Made by a program: the position numbers and the translations under genes
Notes under the pieces: model-generated
Databases searched by the model: none
Told to the model about the DNA's origin: nothing
Seen by the model: the letters and a program-made list of their open reading frames with translations, nothing else
Shown here: positions 54,344-64,000 of the stretch, piece by piece
Layout of the letters: each line of letters starts with the position of its first letter
How positions within the stretch are numbered: the stretch's first letter is position 1
DNA from: Trichoplax sp. H2
Lineage: Eukaryota
NCBI GenBank assembly: GCA_003344405.1
Contig: NOWV01000111.1
Location: 62,001 to 126,000 of the forward strand
Length of the DNA: 64,000 bases
Direction of reading: 5' to 3'

Positions 54344-57300
54344 TCAGATTGAAAATTTTGCAATTGTACTTAATAATCCACTCAAGTTTGATCTCATACT
54401 ATCACAATTATTTTGTGATGCGGTAGCAACTTGCATTGGGAGCACTTGCTGCATTTGCACTGTTGGTTGATTTATACCATCTAAATCCCGGTAATTATTG
54501 CATACATCTGTAAGTCTATAATTTGGTGATACCGGTACCACAGTGTCTTGATTACTTGCCACTATCTGAACGGGAGTGTACATGTTGTGACCAACATGGG
54601 CTGGAGCATCGATTGGGTAAGCTGAAATGATAGAGCCATGGTGTTGGGAGAAAGGTGAATAATATGGAGACGAGGGATACTGTCCACTCCCCGGAAAGTT
54701 TGAATTTACTTTGACAGGAGTTTGAATACCACTCATGTACGATTGCTGACTACCATTAAGATTGTCGCAGTTGACTTGTTGAGTAGATTGTGTGATTTGC
54801 TCTTTAGAATCAGCATGTGTTGTAGATAGTAATGATGGCTTTCCAGTCATCATATAAAATAATTCAATGGCATACTTTTTCATAGACCCAACCCTAAGTT
54901 AGCCAATCATTGAAATCATCATGTTAGAAAATGATGCGTATGTTCATCCAGTCTAAAATACTACTGAATATCCCAGGAAAACACTATAAGAAGGCTATCT
55001 ATCATTACGTTGTATACCTATTGTGAATATTATGTTGAATCAACCAAGGCTTGAAATAGGCATAAAATCGTAAAACGATTATTATCTTGATGGCATTTCG
55101 CAGCCTATAAAGGAGGAAAGAAAAGTCAATAAAGAAAACTTACAAATATCAAAACTTAATCACGTAAACTAATATAATAAAGATTCATCAAAAAATGCTC
55201 GTCTACCATATCCTTGTTTTCCTTGCATTGATAACAGACAGGGCAACATTTAGGGGAAAGTCGACAAAAAAGGAATTAACTAAGAAAATTGCGGATGCCG
55301 TCAAACTATAAAGACAATAATTACCGTAAATTTAGTGATAACAGTTCAATATTTCTGCAAGGATGGCGATAGCCGCAATAAAGTTAGTATACTCGTATTT
55401 AGCACAAACCTTCCATCTACCATGAAATCCTGTCGTATTTTTTTCTGTAATAATTCCTATTAACAAGTATAATATAGTAACGCGGTTCATCAAAATAAAT
55501 AAGCAAACTAAACTAATTTGTTACCTTTTCTAATTTTTGTTGCTTTGCAACCAGGATTTTATGTTCATGTAGTTCCTTCTGTATCTATAGTGCAAACATT
55601 ACAATATGGTCAGTAAGAAATTCTAGTCACTGATCAATATCAATGCTAATATACTCGTATAGGGTGATAGTACCTTATTTACAGTATTCTTTAAGGTTTG
55701 TTCTTGAGCAGCAATTGCTTGCCTCATCTCTTGAGATACTTTGTCATGATTTTGAACCTCGCAGTCAATTCTATTGATATCTTGATTTATGTGTGCTAGG
55801 AAATTACATCAAAGAATTGATATCGATCCTAATGTCGCTGATACTGTGAAATCTATTTCTATTTAGGGCTTACATATAGAGCTAGCTTGTTGTGAAATTT
55901 TTGATTGCATTGTGGACAAGGCTTTATAACCTTGACGTAGCGATTCCTACTCATAAGAAAGGAATGGAGAGTGATTCGACTGGTGCTAACAATAATTATA
56001 GTGTCAAAATTTATATTGATATTTTTACTATATTGATTAATACCTCAACGTTTTGATTCTTGGATAAGTTTGCTAAATTCACCAGATAATTTAGTCGTGA
56101 CAAAGTTGCGGTTGCCTACGACATTATAGAATGGTATAGCTAATTCAAGAAGACTCTTGTATTTTCTAGTAAAAATGAATTTTAATGAATAATAAATTTG
56201 TTGTGCAAACCTTGTTAACCTCATCCTGATAGTTGAGGGTTGATGAAGAATCGTTAATTCTGGCAATTTGTCCCTCATTATCAATAGCTTTTTGACTATC
56301 ATCGGCATCTGATATGAGAAATTGAAAGAATTTGTCAACGGTATCAAATATTTAAATGCAATGTAGCAAGACAATTTCTAAGGATTTGCAATCACCAACG
56401 CGAAACGATATAAAGCATATCAACATACAAAACAACTTTACTGTGAACTGAATTGAAATATTAGTCAGTTTTTACATTTTCTATAGAGATAAGAATGGCA
56501 GTTTGATATCTGATAATTTATATATTTATAACTTCATTTTAATCTACAGTAGTATAAGAAATCTGTCCTACAACATCATCAATGTATTACATGGACTTGA
56601 TGTGAGTCTTTCTCTGTTTAGAACGACATTCAACTTTACACAGCCTATTGCTGGACGACTGAGAGTACTCGCTATTCATTTACAGTAGTATTAATTAGTG
56701 CTTTGAACGATTGTGAAAGTGACTAGAAAGTGCACCGCTTAGGTATTTACAATATTGTAGATGAAAGGAAACAAGAAATTGATAGTTTATCTTATATTTT
56801 CCGAGTCAACAGCGCTGTCGTTGATTAGTAGATATGGATAGCTGATTGAATTTAAAATACTACAGTATATTACCTTTATCGCGATCCTGTAGAAGATATT
56901 TTAATTTATCCGATGCGATTTTTCCTTGTTGTAATAAAGTTTGTAGTATGTTTGCTGAGGTTTCAGGGATTCTAGTATCGGAGTAGTCTGTTTCCCCCAT
57001 GATCACATCATTATCTATTTCCATCAGGTCGGTTTCTATTACAAGCCATTATAAAATAAAGATTACATCATGTAAAACGAGTAAAATGGAAATTAAGTAA
57101 TTCATTTATTAACTCTTCATTCCCGAAAAGAAGTTGAAACAGAAAGATTGATGCATTGCAGTTAGAAGTGCATATAGAGATGATTTTTTATTTCCGTGAA
57201 AGTGGACAATGTCCTTCGTGCTCTGACATTATGCATCTACAGTACACTAGAGTACAGTATATTCATCTATCGTATGATATAACCATAAGCCATTTTAAGA

Positions 57301-57345
57301 TTTAGATGATATCGTAAAACGCTAGTCACCTTGTTTATCCATCAT
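54344..57345 (-). CDS. Uncharacterised ~461-aa protein: acidic N-terminus, long coiled coil, hydrophobic segment(s), low-complexity S/Q/P/N tail
   Basis: Hand-spliced exons (minus): 57345-57330, 57035-56874, 56308-56211, 56115-56044, 55946-55874, 55795-55674, 55584-55525, 55456-55410, 55305-55207, 55104-55018, 54893-54344. All are GT-AG and phase-compatible, total 1386 nt with no stops. The last exon corresponds to the 179-aa ORF in the track. No family recognised; some junctions and the first exon may differ. Confidence 0.75.
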
Positions 57346-57734
57346 GATTGGATGATGATAATTATACGCATTATTTGCCATCTTTTACTTTATTATTATG
57401 AATGAAAATATCACTCCGTTTACAAATTACACAGTCCAAGCGTTAATAACATGTCGGAAGCTGCAATCTTCGCCTTTTGCTTTCAACAAATTCCTGCAGC
57501 CGTCCGTTCTGATACTGCGTTATACAGTAAGTGAACGTACTGTGCTGAATCATATGGCATTGTACGGTACTGTACCAAGCGTAACACTCACTGTCCATAC
57601 TCATGAAAGCCTAGTCATTTTCCCAAACATCCTTGCCCAATCATGCTCCTAGTGTATGCATCACGTGACAGCCACAGCCTCGTAGTGGACGTGGCCATGA
57701 CGTAGCATCACCTGACACTGGATCGCTAGACCTG

Positions 57735-58875
57735 ACAGTACAGTGCAGTACAGTACATTACAGTACGATATACAGTACTGTAGTTTACTGTGCAACGTAC
57801 TGTACTCTACACTGTACAGTGTACAGTACAGTACAGTACAGTACAGCGTCTTTTTGGTAAGGGTAGACAGTACAGTACAGTACTGTACAGTAGAGCACAG
57901 TACCTTGCAGTACTGTACAGTACAGTACAACGGTCGTACCTTCTTCTGTAATTATTTCAAATCAGGAGGATATTTACTGAATTATAGTTTTAAAAGTGGA
58001 TAGATCGCTCCTTCATCTATCTGTATGTATAGAATTTAAGGCAAATTTTGCAACTTTACTACAATTTATTTTGCCTAATAGCACTCTAAAGAGAACTGGC
58101 TCACACCGTATACTGTACTGTACTGTACTGTACATTACAGTACGATATACTGTAGTTTACTGTGCAACGTACTGTACACTGTACAGCGTCTTTTTGGTAA
58201 GGGTATGGTCATAACAGCTATTACCATGAAAAATGACAAGCTTTACTTTATACGATTACAACAAAAATGTGTGGAAAATCATTGGAAAATATCCTGATAT
58301 TACACCTAGAATCTCAAATGACTTTCCACACACTCTGTACAGCTCAGTACTGTAGTACTGTGCGGTACTACAGTAGTAGTCACTGGACCGTGCCCAAGCC
58401 TAACTAGTACTGGACGCCATGAACTGCAAAACAAAATCTTGGCTGATTCGCCATTTTAGCAAGATACTGTTGATTCAGCAGCATTCTGCTTCTTCTGGTG
58501 AATTCCACTGTTGGTTCTTACGCTCTTACTTGGTAATGTGACTACAAGTACCGTACAGTACCTTGTAGTATACAGTACAGTACTGTAATACGGTACGGTA
58601 CTACAGTAGTAGTCACTGGACCGTGCCCATGCCTAACTACTTAACTAGTGCTGGATGCCATGAACTGCAAAACAAAATCTTGGCTGATTCGCCATTTTAG
58701 CAAGATACTGTTGATTCAGCATTCTGCTTCTTCTGGTGAATTCCATTGTTAGTTCTGACTTCTGACACTCGGACTTTGTCATTACAGTCTACTGTACTGT
58801 AAGTCTACTGTACAGTCCAGTCCAGTACTGTACTGTACTTTGCAAAACTACTGTACAGCGACGGTACTGTACACC
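57735..58875. repeat. (CAGTA)n/(TACTG)n pentamer patches interleaved with local duplications, between divergent genes
   Basis: Pentamer runs at 57735-57930, 58110-58185, 58335-58380, 58545-58615, 58780-58875. The segment 57753-57865 is duplicated at 58130-58205. Confidence 0.92.
58363..58756. repeat. Near-identical ~155-160-bp direct duplication
   Basis: 58363-58518 and ~58596-58756 share ggtactacagtagtagtcactggaccgtgccca...gccatgaactgcaaaacaaaatcttggctgattcgccattttagcaagatactgttgattcagca...ttctggtgaattcca. Confidence 0.95.
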
Positions 58876-59433
58876 GCAAAGAGTACGTGACAGTCAGGCG
58901 CACCAACCTCACGTAGTCATGAGGGAAGTCACACCTAAATCACACCGGGTCTCTCATGTCCTCTATACTGCAGTATATGAAATATCCAGCAAGGGGGTAG
59001 ACTGAAGCACGTACGCTAGGCGCGGTTGCCATCAACAATACCTACGGTACGGTCGGTACCAATGAAATTGCATCAACAGCGTCGGCCCACTGAAACCATG
59101 GTAAAGCGATGACGACATATTACATGAGCATGTCCGGCCTTCTTGCATCAACATCAGCAAATGATTGAAATGAATTGCTAAGTCATCGCTATAAATATTC
59201 AATATCTGATCCGTTGATGTTGATTGAGTTGAAGTTGAGCTGGTTGAAGGAGCCAATCAAGTTGTATTGAAGAAGAAGAAGAAGATTGTTGCAAGGACGT
59301 TATTCGGTAGTTGGTGATTGCTCATTCGTTTAAACCATTCATTCACTAGAATAACAACAAGCGGAGAAAAGAAAGAAAGAAAGAATTTTCAACAGGCAAT
59401 TTGTGAACAACACTCAAACTATCTACAGTAGCA

Positions 59434-62304
59434 ATGGATAACAGTCATCGTAAACAAGCTAATGTCACCAGGCCTAAATGTAATGCGAAAATTAAACGAG
59501 CTGGACCTTATTTATTAGGACCTCGTGTTGGTAATTCACCTGTACGTAGTATTGTTCAATGTTTAGCCAAGTTAGAAGGGACTGATCAATTTTATACTAT
59601 GAAAATATTAACATTGAAAGATCTCACTGAAGAGAAACAAGACGATATCCAGGGTAAAATGTTAATGCATACCGAGTTTTCCTTGTTGTCATTACTTCAA
59701 GGTGAACCTGGAGTTGTTCAAATGCATCGTTTCTTTCAAGATGAAGTTTATGAACAGCCTACAGTACCTTCATCGCCACCACCGCCATCGCCAGCCAACG
59801 ATCGAAAACACGATAATGTCAAACAACTTCCAAAACGTAAACGTTTATGCATGGCTTTAGACTGTTTATATCCACACGATTACAATCATAGTTCCGGCGA
59901 TTTAATCAACTGTCAGCACTATGTTATAAGAGAGAAGAGACTATCGGAAATGGAAGCAATCATGATATTTACCGACATCATGAAAGTGGTTGAAAATTTA
60001 CACAAGGTACGGTAACATCATAAAAATGCAAATCTTTTCAATCAGTCAATGGTATTCGAATATTCATCCGAGGATTGAATTTAGTTCAAATGGATTCCTT
60101 CTATCCGCAATGTTGGACTCTCTTTACTGACTTAATATCCTATCAGCTATTACTATAAAGCTTATTTTTTGATTCAATAATAGCGTACATGTACAATAGT
60201 GTTAGAAAATTCTTGTTGTCCATACTACTCCTTTTGTTATTATTTTCTCCTATCTTATGTTCAAATTTTGTATTGGCAGAAAAACATCGTTCACCGTGAC
60301 TTAAAACTAGGCAATATGGTCTTAAATAAAAGGTATGATTAAAGTTTTCCTCAATTTTAATTTATTTTATACAGCGATCAAGAAATACATGTACGCCATT
60401 AAACTCATCCCTGCAATAATACATACATTCCGTATTTCATATTAGTTGTAGTATAGTATTAAATTGACAGACGCCAAGCTTCACGGCTTTCTTCACCAAA
60501 GACGTAAATAAATGAGCAGAATTTACTAAAATCACCTAGTCAGCAAAATGCTTGCCTATCATTTCTATTGATGTATACTCAGCATGATGGAAGTAAATTG
60601 ATATCGTGCAATTAATGACGTAACAAATTAGCAGAATTTACTAAAATCGCCTAATCAGCAAAATACTTGCCTATCATTTCTACTTATGTAACTTAATTAA
60701 TAATGATATACTCAGCATGATGGAAGTAAATTGATATCGTGCAATATATTGCAAGTGCTATTGACCTCAGTTTATAGGTACGTATGCTTAATTAATATGA
60801 GTGCAATGCGTATCTACACACACTACCATGAAGTGCTTGCTGATTGATCAATATCCGCTCTGTAATAAAGTATCAACTCGTGCACAATTTGTAACAAACA
60901 CCTATATCATTATACTATCCATCTTCATAATGTACATTTATTTCTACATTGCCGAAATTATAACTATCATTACGTTGGCTTCGCTTAATATCTTCAAGAA
61001 ATAACAATCCATAATAATATATTTGGTTAGAACTAGACGTGTTACAATTACCAACTTTTGCCTTGGCAAACATTTATTAAGTGATGATGAATTATTGACG
61101 GATCAGCGAGGCAGTCCAGCATACATCAGCCCAGATGTTTTAAGTGGTAAGTACTTTATGGTACTAAAAGTAGTCGAGGTTGATCACTAAGTTTAGAAAC
61201 TTAGGATACTTTATATTATTAAAGTATTAATGTGCTACGTACAAATAAATTAATACCTGATTGATTCTCATTCATATTCAGCACAAAATCAAAGTATGTT
61301 TTAATTTGCTACACTCGTATAACTGCAACAATTCTAGGTACCCCTTATGCTGGTAAAGCTAGCGATATTTGGGCTCTTGGTGTCGTTCTCTTTACCATGC
61401 TGTACGGTCAATTTCCATTTTATGATAATATGCCTCACGAACTCTTCAGAAAAATTAAAGCTGCGGAGTACCTGCTACCTGAGTAAGCCAGTATTAGACT
61501 TAACGGCTCTACCAATTAATCTATGCTTTAAATCAAATTTTCTTTTAGTAAAATAACTAGATAAATTAGCAATTTTATTAATTACCAAACTAGGCATAAA
61601 CTGTTGTGACAAAATGAAATACCACAACAGGATATAATCCTCCTGTGACGTACAGTAATGTTATTTTGACTTGACAATTAACGGATTTTGCTTCTCGTAT
61701 ACTTTCTTTAGTGACCATAGAGTTTCTCCTGCCGTAAAATGTATTATTAAGAAAATCTTAGTCTTGAACCCTAAGAAGAGGCCCACTGCATCTGACCTAC
61801 TTCGACATTCCTATAGTTTACTATATACCTGGTAAATTTTCGATATCAGTTCGTCCTTACGATAATATTATCTAAAAACTATTATTATTACTGCATTTAA
61901 AAGGGTTATTATAATAAAAAAATCTGTTTATTCGACTGCTAATAGTTTACATCTCGACAATTTCGAAAAAAAACAGGTTTATTCCGAAGAGTATTGATGA
62001 AAATGATCAGTGCGTACCGGAAATGCCCAGCGATGACATGACTAATACTATGGACAAAGTAACACAAAAAGATGAGAAAGATTTAAGGAAGCAATGCCTA
62101 CAATACTTTGATAATTCATTCTATGGCAAGAAAACACAATTTTTAAATATGCAATTATTAACAAGGAAAAGGAAAGCAGCGTCCATACCAGTACAAAGTA
62201 TACACGAAGACGCCCGGCCGTTAACACCTGTAGAAACTGAACTTATGTCGAGAAGAGGATATCTTCAACCTTTTTCACCTTATTTATCAAATAATCTGAA
62301 CTAA
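59434..62304 (+). CDS. STK40: Serine/threonine-protein kinase 40 (Tribbles-related pseudokinase), ~444 aa
   Basis: Exons 59434-60006 (KRAGPYLLGPRVGNSPVRSIVQCLA, QGKMLMHTEFSLLSLL), 60280-60332 (IVHRDLKLGNMVLNK), 61031-61146 (TITNFCLGKHL...DQRGSPAYISPDVLSG), 61338-61482 (DIWALGVVLFTMLYGQFPFYD), 61712-61831, 61977-62304 (DQCVPE). Total 1335 nt, in frame. Confidence 0.95.
60515..60745. repeat. Direct duplication (~97 bp) in STK40 intron 2
   Basis: agcagaatttactaaaatc...tactcagcatgatggaagtaaattgatatcgtgcaat at ~60515-60612 and ~60630-60745. Confidence 0.93.
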
Positions 62305-63381
62305 TCATAAGCAATGTAATTAGCTTACCAATAGAATCCAAAATTCTCAAAATGTTATATTTTTATTATCAAGACAGTTCATATACTGGAGAGATTAACC
62401 CGTATTACGTAATGTATTACTCAATTGGCACTGCATACGTTTATGATGTAATTTGTAATGAAACACGTCGCCTTTGTGTAGCTAGCGACGTACAATACTT
62501 GCTCCTTTTTTACTACGCGTATAAACATATCAGATAAGTTTCTAGGATCTCTTATCATAAGTTGCAACGTATTGTAAATCTAACAACCAAAATAGAGCCA
62601 ATGCATAATTTATTAATTCTACATTCAACAAAAGGATACACCAACCAATAGCGCGATGTGGTCTTTTTGAAAACTAAGGTAATGTTTTATAACCTACAAA
62701 GTGTTTTTCTATTGCATGACCATGATTTTCCACTTTCGAAATATCCCAGATATGACATAGCATCGTTTACATTCGCGTACATCGTGTCCTGGTATGTGAG
62801 TTCGTACGTACACTGACACTCAGTTATCTTAATGATCCTATTGAATTAGCACATTCAGTGCATGTAAATGTACGCGTATATATATTCTTACGTATTTATA
62901 CCATTTTATTTATTACTGTGTATTGTTTACAAAATTTAGAGCAAAATTTCGATCGTTTATACTATGTTGTTGATGCTATATTCGAAATGTCACGATTCTG
63001 CAACTGTATTGCAAATTGAAATAAAAATTACTTACTGTACCATGATTTTGTATTCATATAAGATTTTTTAGACAATGAAACTATCGTACTTCTTAATCTG
63101 CACGTTAACTGATATTACAAGAATAGACTCTAGACACAACAAGCTTTTAAAAATGCCACAATACCTCAGTGATGGATTACCTTTACAATTATTATCGCAA
63201 AGCGATAATAATTGCATATATACGTATAATTTATTCTTAGTATTTTGGCAATAAAGATTTATAGGGCGGCATGATATCTATCACAATACTATGTAAAAAC
63301 TTCATTATGTCTAAAAATTACAACCGATTAAGTACTAATTTAAGATGATATCAATAAATAATTATCCTAGACTTCGTTCGG

Positions 63382-64000
63382 TTACGAGGAAATAAATCCT
63401 AACTCATTTTCGAGTATGCAACCTGCATCAAATAGTCTATTTTCTCGGAAAGATGGCGCCACCAATGACATAGATATTGGCAATCCTTTCTTTGCCGTCT
63501 TAGTCGGAATAACTAGAGACGGTATACCTAATTAGAGATAGATAAAATTATTATGGATTGTTGAAGGTGATCATAGAATGATCTAGTGCAAAGCAGTAAA
63601 ATTTACCTGCTAAATTCGCTCCTGCAAGATAGAAATCATGATGAAGACTCTCCACAATATTTTGCTCTTCATAAGGCCTAACAGCGTCAGCGACAGTTAA
63701 AACGGAAGGACTTAAAATCATGTCAATTCCATTGCCAAACGCATTCTTATAATCATTCAATATTAAACGGCGAACTTTTTGCGCTTGTTCCAAATAACGG
63801 CCACGGTTACTGAAAAATCGATATTAATTAATTAATATCAGCTAAAGTACGAAGTAGGTAGCATCTACACAAACAGCAACAAGTAGTTGAAAATATTTAC
63901 CTCCTTAAGGAAAAATAAGTGCCAGCAAGAATCCTTCTCCTAACCGCAGGGCCAAAACCTTCTTCGCGGCTTTGACCATAAACTTCGTCTGTAGTTTCAC
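63382..64000 (-). CDS. QRSL1: Glutamyl-tRNA(Gln) amidotransferase subunit A (mitochondrial GatA), 3' part; 5' end lies beyond the window
   Basis: Exons (minus): >64000-63901 (SREEGFGPAVRRRILAGTY), 63809-63607 (YLEQAQKVRRLI...DMILSP...ANLAG), 63527-63382 (IPSLVIP...GLPISMSLV..., stop TAA). These are GatA amidase C-terminal motifs. Confidence 0.92.

Noticed and set aside
55207-55354. Cys-rich CCPVCYQC exon requiring a non-canonical GT-AA intron plus a 30-nt mini-exon
   Set aside because: A canonical GT-AG model (55305-55207) keeps phase with both neighbours, whereas the Cys frame runs into a stop in the next exon.
56045-56374. 109-aa minus-strand ORF in the track
   Set aside because: Wrong frame: it overlaps two real exons and an intron of the coiled-coil gene, which splice in other frames.
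57661-58214. Tyr/Cys/Thr/Val/Gln-rich ORFs
   Set aside because: Translations of the CAGTA/TACTG microsatellite.
61347-62537. Short ORFs 61347-61556 and 62352-62537 (and 330-533, 47472-47732)
   Set aside because: Alternative frames over real exons, or UTR sequence.

Overview
AT-rich eukaryotic (animal) genomic DNA with GT-AG introns. The short introns and protein divergence give the impression of an early-branching invertebrate, possibly a placozoan, but this is unverified. Positions 1-53.2 kb hold a head-to-tail cluster of four soluble (H-NOX/PAS/coiled-coil/cyclase) guanylate cyclase subunit genes on the + strand, which I spliced by hand. sGC-1 (5'-truncated, <1-3993) has a beta/beta2-like scaffold but an alpha-type set of catalytic residues. 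sGC-2 (22112-26044) is an alpha subunit that keeps the heme-ligating His. sGC-3 (~35773-42789) is a divergent beta with Ser at the guanine-specifying Cys. sGC-4 (~47083-53222) is a canonical beta1. Catalytic residues split reciprocally (two Asp/Arg donors, two Asn/Arg/Lys donors), which suggests up to four obligate heterodimers. The large non-coding spacers contain many unrelated degenerate tandem duplications and a ~620-bp inverted repeat pair. The gene-dense right end has an uncharacterised 11-exon coiled-coil gene (- strand), a CAGTA/TACTG-repeat divergent promoter region, STK40 (+) and the 3' end of QRSL1/GatA (-). No RNA genes, CRISPR arrays or coding transposons were seen. Residue numbers refer to mammalian sGC beta1 and come from alignment by eye.
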